The notes beneath the pieces were generated by a model that saw nothing but the letters and a program-made list of their open reading frames with translations, was not told where the DNA came from and did no database searches. The translations under genes and the position numbers were made by a program. A stretch of 46,126 nt of DNA from Steroidobacteraceae bacterium (GTDB lineage: Bacteria > Pseudomonadota > Gammaproteobacteria > Steroidobacterales > Steroidobacteraceae). Below are positions 37,549 through 46,126 of the stretch, piece after piece (position 1 is the first letter of the stretch; every line of letters begins with the position of its first letter). Where the stretch lies: the NCBI GenBank assembly GCA_035625955.1, contig DASPOP010000310.1:1-46126 (forward strand), in the 5' to 3' direction.

Positions 37549-38738
37549 TGCTCTCGCTGCTGCGGGCGGGGGCGCTCGGTGACCCGCGCCTCGACGTCGA
37601 AGGAACGGTGACCGCGCAGCCCGCGCAAGCTGACCATCGAGCCGGGCTTGTGCCGGGAGATCCGCCCGAGGACATCCTGCGCTCCGCGCGGGCTGGTTCC
37701 GTCGACCGCCAGCAGCAGATCGCCCGGCAGCAGGCCCGCCTGCTGCGCGGGGCTGCCCAGAGCCAGATTCGCGACCACGACGCCTGCCTGCGCGAGCCCG
37801 AGCTGCTGCGCCTGCTCGGCCGAGATGTCCTCGGGCGAGATGCCGATCCATCCGCGGATCACCCGGCCATGGTCGATGATGTCGGCCAGCACCCCGCGCA
37901 CCAGGTTCACGGGGATGGCGAAGCCGATACCCTCGACGCCCAGGCTCTTCGCCACCATCGCGGTGTTGATGCCCACCAGCGCGCCGCTCGAGTCGACCAG
38001 CGCCCCGCCGGAGTTGCCGCGGTTGATCGGCGCATCCGTCTGGATGAAGTCCTCCACCGGCGCGATGCCGAGCTGCGTACGGCTCACCGCGCTCACGATC
38101 CCGTGTGTCACGGTGTGCGAGAGCCCGAGCGGGTTGCCGATGGCGAGCACGACGTCGCCCGGGCGCAGCTGATCCGAGCGCCCGAGCGGCGCCACCGGCA
38201 GGAACCCGAGGCCGATGCTCAGCACCGCGAGGTCGGTGTCGGGGTCGCTCCCCACGACATGCGCCTCGGCGATGCGTCCGTCGGCAAGCTGTACGCGGAT
38301 CGACTCGGCGTTGGCAATGACGTGGTGGTTGGTGACGATGTGCCCCTTGTCATCGACGATCACGCCGGAGCCGAGCGTGCGCTCGATACGCTGCCGATAG
38401 CGCGGCAGATACTCGCCGAACAGCTCCCCGAGCGAGGGGGCCAGGCGCTCGGTGACCAGGCGGTCGGTGTATACGTTGACCACCGCCGGCGCCACGCGCT
38501 GCACCGCGTCGGCATAGGAGGTCCGTGCCGGCACGGATGCGGGCACCTGAGCGGCGGCCGTGACGGCGGCCGGCGCGGGGGCCGCAGCCGCCGGCGGGGC
38601 GGCCACCGCAGGGGCCTGGGGAGTGGCGCGCCCGCGGATGAGGTCCGGGCGCATCGCCACGATCAGGAATGCCAGCGCGAGTCCGCCGACGACCGAACCG
38701 GCCACGAAAGTCAGCCCGCGGCCCAGGTGCTCGAGCAT
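37545..38738 (-). CDS. Membrane-anchored S1C trypsin-like serine protease with one PDZ domain (DegS/AlgW-like)
   Basis: N-terminal TM segment plus an Ala/Pro linker. Catalytic triad contexts VTNHHV, DTDLAVL and GNSGGALV. Single C-terminal PDZ-like region (GVVVANLALGSPAQQAGLLPGDLLLAVDG). Confidence 0.88.
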   Translation of the reverse strand: MLEHLGRGLTFVAGSVVGGLALAFLIVAMRPDLIRGRATPQAPAVAAPPAAAAPAPAAVTAAAQVPASVPARTSYADAVQRVAPAVVNVYTDRLVTERLAPSLGELFGEYLPRYRQRIERTLGSGVIVDDKGHIVTNHHVIANAESIRVQLADGRIAEAHVVGSDPDTDLAVLSIGLGFLPVAPLGRSDQLRPGDVVLAIGNPLGLSHTVTHGIVSAVSRTQLGIAPVEDFIQTDAPINRGNSGGALVDSSGALVGINTAMVAKSLGVEGIGFAIPVNLVRGVLADIIDHGRVIRGWIGISPEDISAEQAQQLGLAQAGVVVANLALGSPAQQAGLLPGDLLLAVDGTSPRGAQDVLGRISRHKPGSMVSLRGLRGHRSFDVEARVTERPRPQQREQ

Positions 38739-38782
38739 TCACAACTCCGTGCCGGCGCGCCGGGGAGGCATGTTCGTTTGTG

Positions 38783-38788
38783 TATAAT
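38783..38788 (+). promoter_or_regulatory. Perfect TATAAT hexamer 107 nt upstream of petA (candidate -10 box of the bc1 operon)
   Basis: TTTGTGTATAATGCG read directly. It is conspicuous in this GC-rich background. No clear -35. Confidence 0.3.
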
Positions 38789-38894
38789 GCGCCGCCCCCC
38801 GCAAGGTACGAAACTGCACCCATGCGCAGTCCGCTTGGCGAGCGATGCGCTCCGACGCTGCGGCGGGCCAGTCATACAGCGGGAGAGCGGTGAG

Positions 38895-39506
38895 ATGGCG
38901 GATCACGCAGGCGTCGCCGGCGGCGACGAAGTCGACCTCAGCCGGCGCAAGTTCCTCACCAGAGCCACCATAGCCACCGGGGCGGTCGGCACCGTGTTCG
39001 CCGCCATCCCCTTCATCGAGTCCTGGAGCCCCTCGGAGAGCGCACGGGCGGCGGGCGTGCCGACCGAGCTCGACATATCCAAGCTCGAGGCCGGGCAGAT
39101 GACTATCACGGTCTGGCGCCGCTCGCCGATTTACGTCGTGCGCCGCACCCCCGAGATGGTGGCGCGCCTTGCCGGCCACGACGGAGAGCTCAAGGACCCG
39201 GGCTCGGACCACTCCGACCAGCCTGCCTACGCCAAGAACCCGCTGCGCTCGCGCAGCGCCGAGTTTCTGGTGCTGGTCGGTACCTGCACGCACCTCGGTT
39301 GTCTCCCCAAGCAGCACTTCGCCGCCGGGGAGCTCTACCCTTCGTGGCCCGGCGGGTTCTTCTGCCCCTGCCACGGCTCGCGCTTCGACCTCGCCGGACG
39401 CGTGTTCGACGGCTCGCCGGCTTCGATCAATCTGCGTGTGCCGCCGTATTCCTATCCCAAGGAACATCTGCTGCTGATCGGCGCCGATGAGAAAGGAGCC
39501 GCCTGA
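38895..39506 (+). CDS. petA: Ubiquinol-cytochrome c reductase, Rieske iron-sulfur subunit
   Basis: Tat-like RRKFL, and Rieske boxes CTHLGC and CPCHGS. 203 aa. It is the last part of a long composite track ORF. Confidence 0.95.
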   Translation: MADHAGVAGGDEVDLSRRKFLTRATIATGAVGTVFAAIPFIESWSPSESARAAGVPTELDISKLEAGQMTITVWRRSPIYVVRRTPEMVARLAGHDGELKDPGSDHSDQPAYAKNPLRSRSAEFLVLVGTCTHLGCLPKQHFAAGELYPSWPGGFFCPCHGSRFDLAGRVFDGSPASINLRVPPYSYPKEHLLLIGADEKGAA

Positions 39507-40786
39507 TGACCGTGAAGACCGCAACCGGTGCGGCCGCTCCCATGCCCAAGGCTGGCGCCGCCGGCAGGCAGGGCTTCTGGGCCTGGCTCAACAAGCGCCT
39601 GCCCATAGATCAGTTCATGGCTTCCCAGGTCACCGAGTACTACGCGCCGAAGAATTTCAACGTTTGGTACTACTTCGGCTCGCTCGCGCTCGTGGTGCTG
39701 GTGCTGCAGCTGGTGAGCGGCATCTACCTCGCGATGTTCTACAAGCCGGGCGAGACGACGGCGTTCGACTCGGTGCAGTTCATCATGCGGGAGATCGACT
39801 GGGGCTGGTTCCTCCGCTACCTGCACTCGAGCGGTGCCTCCTTCTTCTTCATCATGGTGTACCTGCACATGTTCCGGGCCTTTCTCTACGGCTCGTACAA
39901 GCCACCGCGGGAGCTGCTGTGGCTCATCGGCATGCTGGTGTACCTCGCGCTCATGGCCGAGGCCTTCATGGGCTATGTGCTGCCCTGGGGCAACATGTCG
40001 TTCTGGGGGGCGCAGGTCATCATCAACCTGTTCGGCACCATTCCAGGAATCGGCCCGGATCTCGTGCTGTGGATCCGCGGCGATTACGGCATCGCGGACG
40101 CGACGCTCAACCGGTTCTTCTCGCTGCACGTGGCGGCCGTGCCGCTCGCGCTGCTGGGGCTCGTGGCGCTGCATCTGGTGGCGCTGCACGAAGTGGGCTC
40201 CAACAACCCCGACGGCGTCGAGATCAAGGAGAAGGTAGGTGCGAACGGCAGGCCGCTCGACGGCATCCCGTTCCATCCTTATTACACGGTGAAGGACCTG
40301 GTTGGCGTCGGCGTGTTCCTGGTGCTGCTCGCCATCACGGTGTTCTTCGTGCCGACCGTCGGCGGGCTGTTCATCGAGGCGCCGAACTGGGAGCCGGCCA
40401 ATCCCATGTCGACCCCGGAGCACATCGCGCCGGTGTGGTACTTCACGCCCTACTACGCGATCCTGCGCGCGGTGCCGGACCAGCGCATGGGAGCCCTCCT
40501 CATGCTGATCGCGGTCATGGCGTTCCTGTTCGTGCCATGGCTCGACCGTTCGCCGGTCAAGTCGATGCGCTACCGCGGCTGGATGTCGCGCTCGGCACTC
40601 GCGATCTTCGCGGTGAGCTTCATCGCGCTCGGGTACCTCGGCCTGCAGCCGGCGGAAGGCCTGTATGTGATCCTGGCGCGCATCTTCTCCGCGCTGTACT
40701 TCGCGTTCTTCTTCCTCATGCCGCTCTACAGCTCGCTCGATCCGGTGAAGCCGGTGCCTGAAAGGGTGGTCTACCATGCGCACTGA
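39506..40786 (+). CDS. petB: Cytochrome b
   Basis: NFNVWYYFGSLAL..., RYLHSSGASFFF... and PEWY-like PVWYFTPYYAILR. TGATG overlap with petA. Confidence 0.96.
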   Translation: MTVKTATGAAAPMPKAGAAGRQGFWAWLNKRLPIDQFMASQVTEYYAPKNFNVWYYFGSLALVVLVLQLVSGIYLAMFYKPGETTAFDSVQFIMREIDWGWFLRYLHSSGASFFFIMVYLHMFRAFLYGSYKPPRELLWLIGMLVYLALMAEAFMGYVLPWGNMSFWGAQVIINLFGTIPGIGPDLVLWIRGDYGIADATLNRFFSLHVAAVPLALLGLVALHLVALHEVGSNNPDGVEIKEKVGANGRPLDGIPFHPYYTVKDLVGVGVFLVLLAITVFFVPTVGGLFIEAPNWEPANPMSTPEHIAPVWYFTPYYAILRAVPDQRMGALLMLIAVMAFLFVPWLDRSPVKSMRYRGWMSRSALAIFAVSFIALGYLGLQPAEGLYVILARIFSALYFAFFFLMPLYSSLDPVKPVPERVVYHAH

Positions 40787-41564
40787 GGCACTGCTCGCCG
40801 CGGTGTTGCTGGCGGTGGCGGCCTGTGCGCCGCAGCGGCTGCCGGCGGCGGAGGCAGAGGGCGCGGCCAAATTCGGCGCCGACTGGAAGAGCTGGCGCGC
40901 CGACACCAGCGTGTCGGACCTCGCGTCCGTGCAGCGCGGCGCCCGCAACTTCGTGAGCTACTGCCTCGGCTGCCACTCGCTGAAATATGAGCGCTGGTCG
41001 CGGCTCGGCGCGGACCTCAAGATACCCCGACAGCTGCTCGAGCACGATCTGCTGCCGCCCGGCGCCAAGTCGACCGGCTACATTCTGACCAGCATGCCGG
41101 CCGCCGACGCCGAGGCCTGGTTCGGCAAGGCGCCGCCGGATCTCTCGCTGATGGTGCGCGCGCGGGGCACGGACTACATCTACCAGTTCCTCACGACCTT
41201 CTACGTCGATCCCAAGAGCCAGACGGGCGCCAACAATCTGCGGCTGCCGGCGACGTCCATGCCGGCCGTGCTGTCGGAGCTCGAAGGGCTCAAGGGCGCG
41301 GTGCTCAGGACCGAGACTGTGATCGTCGAGGGCAAGCCGAAATCGGAGCAGGTGTTCGATCACTTCGAGACGCTCGCTCCGGGACGCATGAGCCTCGCCG
41401 AGTACGACGGCTTCGTGCGCGATACCGTGAACTTCCTCGACTACGTGAGTGAGCCGACCCAGATCGAGCGGCGCCAGCTCGGGGTGTGGGTCGTGTTGTT
41501 CCTGCTGGTGTTCAGCTGGCTCGCCTGGCTGGTGAAGCGCGAGTACTGGAAGGACGTCCACTGA
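40776..41564 (+). CDS. petC: Cytochrome c1
   Basis: Heme-binding site CLGCHS, PPDLSLM and a C-terminal TM anchor. Overlaps the petB end by 11 nt. Confidence 0.93.
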   Translation: MRTEALLAAVLLAVAACAPQRLPAAEAEGAAKFGADWKSWRADTSVSDLASVQRGARNFVSYCLGCHSLKYERWSRLGADLKIPRQLLEHDLLPPGAKSTGYILTSMPAADAEAWFGKAPPDLSLMVRARGTDYIYQFLTTFYVDPKSQTGANNLRLPATSMPAVLSELEGLKGAVLRTETVIVEGKPKSEQVFDHFETLAPGRMSLAEYDGFVRDTVNFLDYVSEPTQIERRQLGVWVVLFLLVFSWLAWLVKREYWKDVH

Positions 41565-41593
41565 CCGCGAGCCTGGAGCGCGGGAGCGGCAGC

Positions 41594-42220
41594 GTGTCGA
41601 GCCGACGATCCATAATGACCCTGTTCTCTGCACCCGATGACCCGTGGAGTCACCGGACGCGCATCGTGCTGGCCGAGAAAGGCATCAGCATCGATATCGT
41701 GAGCGTCGAGGCGGGGCGCTTTCCCGAGGACCTCCTCGATCTCAACCCCTATCACAGCGTGCCGACGCTGGTCGACCGCGACCTGGTGCTGTACGACTCA
41801 CGCGTCATCATCGAGTACCTCGACGAGCGCTTTCCGCACCCGCCGCTCATGCCGGTCGACCCGCTGACGCGCGCGCAGTTCCGCCTGGCGCTCTACCGTA
41901 TCGAGCGCGACTGGTACAGCGTCGCCAAGCAGATCGACCAGGAGCCCGACAAGAAGCAGGCGCTGAAGCTGAAGAAGATCCTGCGCGACACCATCCTGCA
42001 GAGCACCGAGCTCTTCAAGATCAAGCCTTTCTTCCTCTCCGACGAGTTCTCGCTGGTGGATGCGACCATCGCGCCGATACTGTGGCGGCTGCCGCACTAC
42101 GAGGTCGACCTGCCGCCGCAGGCGCAGCCGATCGAGAAGTACATGCAGCTGGTGTTCGCGCGGCCGGCGTTCCGCGAGGCACTCACCGAGCGGGAGCAGG
42201 AGATGAGGCTGCTGCGTTAG
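41594..42220 (+). CDS. sspA: Stringent starvation protein A (GST-like)
   Basis: RSIMTLFSAPDDPWSHRTRIVLAEKGI...DLNPYHSVPTLVDRDL. GTG 41594 was chosen because SspA homologues carry residues before the MTLF motif; ATG 41615 is an alternative. Confidence 0.93.
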   Translation: MSSRRSIMTLFSAPDDPWSHRTRIVLAEKGISIDIVSVEAGRFPEDLLDLNPYHSVPTLVDRDLVLYDSRVIIEYLDERFPHPPLMPVDPLTRAQFRLALYRIERDWYSVAKQIDQEPDKKQALKLKKILRDTILQSTELFKIKPFFLSDEFSLVDATIAPILWRLPHYEVDLPPQAQPIEKYMQLVFARPAFREALTEREQEMRLLR

Positions 42221-42223
42221 ACC

Positions 42224-42628
42224 ATGACTCAGGCGTTACCCAAGCGGCCGTACCTGCTGCGCGCCATGCACCAGTGGATCACGGAAAGCGGCAATACACC
42301 GCACGTGATCGTCGATGCCGGGCACGAGGGCGCCGAGGTGCCGCGCGCCTACGTCAAGGACGGCAAGATCGTCCTCAATCTGAGCGAAGGCGCCACGCAG
42401 CGCCTGCGGCTCGGCAACGACGAGGTGGAATTCGACGCGCGCTTCGCCGGAGTGGTGCATCACGTGCGCTTTCCGGTGACCGCAGTGCTCGGGGTCTACG
42501 CGCGCGAGACCGGCGAGGGCATGGTGTTCTCGGAGCAGGACCTTGCTGCTGCAGAGCCGGCGAAGAGCCCGAAGCCCGATGAAAAGGGCGGCGGCCCCCG
42601 CCGCCCGCACCTCAAAGTCATCAAGTAG
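42224..42628 (+). CDS. sspB: Stringent starvation protein B (ClpXP specificity enhancer)
   Basis: KRPYLLRAMHQWITESGNTPHVIVDA and the C-terminal ClpX-binding tail RPHLKVIK. 134 aa. Confidence 0.93.
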   Translation: MTQALPKRPYLLRAMHQWITESGNTPHVIVDAGHEGAEVPRAYVKDGKIVLNLSEGATQRLRLGNDEVEFDARFAGVVHHVRFPVTAVLGVYARETGEGMVFSEQDLAAAEPAKSPKPDEKGGGPRRPHLKVIK

Positions 42629-42659
42629 CTGCGACGCGGCTTCTTCTCCGGCGCAGCGC

Positions 42660-43050
42660 ATAGAAAGAGTCGGCCTGTAAGCCGGGTTCTGTCGAGGGCA
42701 ATCATTCCTCTGGGATCCACGTCGCCGTGGACCTCTAGCGGCCTACCCGGAAGCGCGCGCGGATCAGCGCTGCGTGCCGCCGTTTAAGGCGCACGCGGCT
42801 TCCCTATTTGGCCTTGCTCCAGGTGGGGTTTGCCGTGCCGTCGCGTGTTGCCACCGACGCGGTGCGCTCTTACCGCACCGTTTCACCCTTGCCGGTCCCG
42901 CGAGGGACTTGGGCGGTCTGCTCTCTGTTGCACTTTCCGTGGGCTCGCGCCCCCCAGGCGTTACCTGGCACCCGATCCGCCGGAGCCCGGACTTTCCTCC
43001 ACCCCCTCGCCATTGCTGGCGCGGGAGCAGCGACTGCCCGGCCGACTCTG
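42660..43050 (-). ncRNA. rnpB: RNase P RNA, bacterial type A
   Basis: The reverse complement contains GGAGGAAAGTCCGGGCTCC, GGTGCCAGGTAACGCCTGGG, GTGCAACAGAGAGCA, GGTGAAACGGTGCGGTAAGAGCGCACCG, CACCTGGAGCAAGGCCAAATAGGG and ACAGAACCCGGCTTA. P1 pairs AGAGTCGGCC (5') with GGCCGACTCT (3'). Ends are approximate, within a few nt. Confidence 0.95.
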
Positions 43051-43116
43051 ACCCGGCAAGATAGGGCGGCGGGCGGGGAAGTCAACTCATCAATTGGAAA
43101 GCTCGAGTAGCGCCCG

Positions 43117-44205
43117 CTAGGCCGGCTTGAGCAGCGCTCGGGCGCCCTCCCACAGCTCCCGCGCCACTTCTGCCGCGGGCCTGGCTCTGGCCTGAGCGGC
43201 CGACTGGCCCGCCCAGGCCTGCAGTCCGTCGAGGAGGTTCGCCTTGAGGGCGCGCGTGCGCATGGCCGCCGTCAGTCCGCTTTGCACAGGGTAGGGTGCC
43301 GGCCGCGGTGCGCCGGGTGCCGTCGCGGCGCGGACATAGGCAGTCGCGACGCTGCGTCCCGGGCGCCCGGAGAAGGCGCGGGAGATGAGCGTCTGCTCCG
43401 GGAGGCTCGCGCCGATCGCATCCGCCCACGCCGAAGGCAGCCGCGCCTCCGGGCAACGGAGGAAACCCGTGCCGACCTGTACGGCCGAAGCGCCGAGGAT
43501 GAATGCCGCAGCGACCGCGCGTGGGTCGGCGATGCCGCCCGCCGCGATAACCGGCACGCTCACCGCGTCCACGACCGCCGGCAGCAGCGCGGAAAGTCCC
43601 ACGAGCTCGCGCTCGGCCAGCGAGCTGTCGAAGGCGCCCCGGTGTCCGCCCGCTTCCATCCCCTGCGCAATGACGGCGTCCGCACCGGCTGCAGCCGCGA
43701 GCCGCGCTTCGGTGACGGTGGTTGCGGTAGCGATCCAGCGGATGCCCTGCGCCTTCATTCGCTCGACGAACGCAGGCGCGTAGAGTCCCATGATCGAGGA
43801 GATCGCGGCCGGTCCGGCCTCGAGCAACGCCTCGCACTGCAGCGCGAAGTCCGGCCTGGAGTAGTCACCGGCATCGGCCGGAATCGGCGGCCCCCAGTGT
43901 GCGAGGAAAGCGCGCATGGCGCCCTCCACCTCCGGGTCGCGCGCGGGCGCGGCTTCCGGGATCCACAGGTTCATCTGGAAGGCGCCGCCGCGGCAGCCGG
44001 CGCGGAATTCGCTCGCCCACGCTTTGATCGCGGCGGGCTGCATCACGACGGCGCCGCAGGCCCCGAGCCCGCCCGCGCCGGCGACCGCGATCGAGAGCCC
44101 AGGCGGGCAGGCACCCGCCATCGGTGCCAGCAGCACCGGAATGCGCAGCCCATGGCCCGCGCAGAAGGCCTGTGCGCGGGCGATGGCGGGATGCGGTTTC
44201 GTCAC
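43117..44205 (-). CDS. Nitronate monooxygenase (NMO, 2-nitropropane dioxygenase-like FMN enzyme)
   Basis: PVLLAPMAGA, IAQGMEAGGHRG, VIAAGGIAD and GASAVQVGTGF. GTG start 44205 overlaps the rsmI stop (GTGA). It is the 3' portion of a 670-aa composite track ORF. Confidence 0.85.
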   Translation of the reverse strand: MTKPHPAIARAQAFCAGHGLRIPVLLAPMAGACPPGLSIAVAGAGGLGACGAVVMQPAAIKAWASEFRAGCRGGAFQMNLWIPEAAPARDPEVEGAMRAFLAHWGPPIPADAGDYSRPDFALQCEALLEAGPAAISSIMGLYAPAFVERMKAQGIRWIATATTVTEARLAAAAGADAVIAQGMEAGGHRGAFDSSLAERELVGLSALLPAVVDAVSVPVIAAGGIADPRAVAAAFILGASAVQVGTGFLRCPEARLPSAWADAIGASLPEQTLISRAFSGRPGRSVATAYVRAATAPGAPRPAPYPVQSGLTAAMRTRALKANLLDGLQAWAGQSAAQARARPAAEVARELWEGARALLKPA

Positions 44206-45092
44206 GGCATCTCCTCGTCGTCGGGCGGCGGCCCCGGGCGAGCGCTGCCGGCGCCGCCGCGCGTGGCGAGCGCGTAAGCAGCGGCGCGCGTGGCTCCGGT
44301 CAGCTGCGCCGCGATGGCCGCCGCGCGGCCCGGAGGCAATGCCCTCAGCAGAATCTCCAGCGTGCGGCGCAGCTCCGCGCCATCGACCGCGCCGGCGGCG
44401 GGAGCCGCTCCGTGCACGACCAGCGTGAGCTCGCCACGCGCGAAGTTCTCCTCGCCCGCGGCGCGCGCCGCGAGCTCGCCGAGCGTGCCGCGATAGAGCG
44501 TCTCGTGCGCCTTGGTGAGCTCGCGCGCCACCACCGCCTGCCGCCCGGCACCGAACTGCGCCGCGAGGTCCGCGAGCGTGGCCTGGATGCGGTGCGGCGC
44601 CTCGAAGAACACCAGCGTGCGCACTTCGTGCTCGAGGCGCGCAAGCGTGGCGCGGCGCTCGGCGGCGCGCGCCGGCAGGAACCCCTCGAAGCAGAAGCGA
44701 TGGGTCGGCAGCCCAGCCACGGCCAGCGCGGCGGTAATGGCCGACGGTCCGGGAATCGTGCGGACGGCGAATCCGGCCTGGGCGGCGCGGCTCACGAGCT
44801 CGAAACCGGGATCCGAGAGCAGCGGCGTACCCGCGTCGCTCACCAGCGCCACGTCCTCGCCGGCGGCGAGCCGCGCGAGCAGCTCGGGCACACGCTGCGG
44901 CTCGTTGTGGGCGTGCAGGGAGACGAGCGGCGTGCCGACGCCCATTGCCTGCAGCAGGACGCGCGTATGGCGGGTGTCCTCGGCGGCGATGACCGCGGCG
45001 CGTGCGAGCGCTTCGCGGGCGCGCGGGCTCAGGTCGGCGAGGTTGCCGATCGGAGTGGCTACGACGAGCAGCGTGCCGGGCGCCTTCACCAT
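44202..45092 (-). CDS. rsmI: 16S rRNA (cytidine1402-2'-O)-methyltransferase
   Basis: GTLLVVATPIGNLADLSPRA...IAAEDTRHT...SDAGTP...FEAPHR is typical of RsmI. Divergent from lpoA, as in E. coli. Confidence 0.92.
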   Translation of the reverse strand: MVKAPGTLLVVATPIGNLADLSPRAREALARAAVIAAEDTRHTRVLLQAMGVGTPLVSLHAHNEPQRVPELLARLAAGEDVALVSDAGTPLLSDPGFELVSRAAQAGFAVRTIPGPSAITAALAVAGLPTHRFCFEGFLPARAAERRATLARLEHEVRTLVFFEAPHRIQATLADLAAQFGAGRQAVVARELTKAHETLYRGTLGELAARAAGEENFARGELTLVVHGAAPAAGAVDGAELRRTLEILLRALPPGRAAAIAAQLTGATRAAAYALATRGGAGSARPGPPPDDEEMP

Positions 45093-45128
45093 CTATAATC
45101 GCGAGCCTCCTTGGCTTCAGTCTAACCA

Positions 45129-46126
45129 ATGCCGTTCACCCGTTGGATCACCCGCTGTGCCGCTCTCGCCGCCGCGTTCGCCTTGAGCGGCTGCCCGAGC
45201 CTGACGACGGTGAGCCCGCCGCCTTCGGCCGATCGGGCCGCGAGCCTCGAGCAGTCGGGCGATTTCGCGGGTGCTGCGCGTGTCTACGAAGGGCTCGCTG
45301 AGCAAAACAGCGGCACGAGCCGCAACGTCTACCTGCTGCGCGCGGCGCACGATTTCGTGAGTGCGCACCGCGCCGACGAAGCGGCGCGGGTATTGACGGG
45401 CCTGGAAGGCAGCCTCAATCCCGACCAGCAGACCGAGCGGAGCCTGCTCACGGCCGAGGTCGCGCTCGAGCGCGGGCAGACGCAGGAGGCCTGGCGGCAG
45501 CTCACCGCAATGCCGACGCCCGCGAGCGCGGCTCAGGCGGCCCGCTACCGCGACCTGAAGGCACGCGCCGCGCTCGGCGCCGGGCACCCGGAAGTGGCGC
45601 AGCAGGTGGCGCGCGAGCAGGCCGAAATTCTGCCGCACATCGCGCTGCTGCTTCCCGTCACCGGGCGCAACGCGCCCGCTTCCGTGAGCGTGCGTAACGG
45701 CTTTCTCTCCGCTTACTACCAGGCGCCCGCGACCGAGCGGCTGCGCGTGCGCATCTACGATACCGGCACGCTGAGCATCGCCGAAGCCCTGGGACGCGCC
45801 TCGAGCTCGGGAGCCGAGCTCATCGTCGGCCCGCTGACGCGCGAGGAGGTGATCGCTGCGGCGCAGTTCACCACGGCGCGCCCGCCGCTGCTTGCGCTCA
45901 ACTTCCTGCCATCCGAGACGCCGGCTCCCGCGCGTTTCTACCAATATGCGCTTTCGCCCGAGGATGAGGCGCGGCTCGTGGCACGGCGCATCCTCGCCGA
46001 TCATCACCGGCGTGGGATCGCTCTCGCGCCGGCGGGTGACTGGGGCGCACGCGTGCTGGCGGCCTTTCGCCAGGAGCTCGAGAGCGGAGGCGGCGAGCTG
46101 ATCGCAGCCGCCACCATCGACCCGAG
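45129..46126 (+). CDS. lpoA: Penicillin-binding protein activator LpoA (lipoprotein), 5' partial that runs off the window
   Basis: Not in the ORF track because there is no stop in the window. My translation from ATG 45129 is MPFTRWITRCAALAAAFALSGC (lipobox), then a TPR-like N-domain, then IALLLPVTGRNA...VRIYDTG...AELIVGPLTREEV, which is typical of LpoA. Confidence 0.8.
   Translation, partial: MPFTRWITRCAALAAAFALSGCPSLTTVSPPPSADRAASLEQSGDFAGAARVYEGLAEQNSGTSRNVYLLRAAHDFVSAHRADEAARVLTGLEGSLNPDQQTERSLLTAEVALERGQTQEAWRQLTAMPTPASAAQAARYRDLKARAALGAGHPEVAQQVAREQAEILPHIALLLPVTGRNAPASVSVRNGFLSAYYQAPATERLRVRIYDTGTLSIAEALGRASSSGAELIVGPLTREEVIAAAQFTTARPPLLALNFLPSETPAPARFYQYALSPEDEARLVARRILADHHRRGIALAPAGDWGARVLAAFRQELESGGGELIAAATIDP

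Noticed and set aside
42774-43110. Several 70-100 aa ORFs on both strands between sspB and the nitronate monooxygenase gene.
   Set aside because: The region is occupied by RNase P RNA, whose universally conserved segments are all present on the minus strand.

Overview
Very GC-rich chromosomal segment; G+C was judged by eye, not computed. Gene order looks gammaproteobacterial and Xanthomonadales/Nevskiales-like: kdsD-kdsC-lptCAB-rpoN-hpf-rapZ, ibaG-murA, petABC-sspAB, rnpB, and rsmI divergent from lpoA. About 80% of the window is conserved housekeeping. This covers mpl, an LPS-type glycosyltransferase pair, a tkt-gap-pgk-pyk operon, the lpt/rpoN cluster, murA, gnd-zwf, the cytochrome bc1 operon, sspAB, RNase P RNA, rsmI and lpoA. 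Because of the GC content almost every real gene carries a long antisense or out-of-frame shadow ORF in the supplied track; I called genes from recognisable family motifs and trimmed several N-termini. The stand-out region is about 26.7-36.9 kb. It holds a TonB-dependent receptor surrounded by two TPR-sulfotransferase fusions with tyrosylprotein-sulfotransferase-like PAPS loops, a TPR-Asp/Asn beta-hydroxylase fusion, two small 2OG-oxygenase-like paralogues (one lacking its metal-binding histidines) and a Pro-rich exported protein. The cluster sits between zwf and pgl. On one side it is fused by overlapping stop/start codons to pgl and a DegS-like protease. I know of no characterised function for this gene combination, so it is my best candidate for an undescribed system, possibly modification of a protein or peptide linked to outer-membrane transport. 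The second notable signal is an approximately 80-90 bp double-hairpin REP/MITE-like repeat family with compensatory stem substitutions. It is present in three intergenic gaps, and two inverted copies bracket murA within a few nucleotides of its start and stop codons. No CRISPR array, integrase, transposase, tRNA or rRNA gene was seen.
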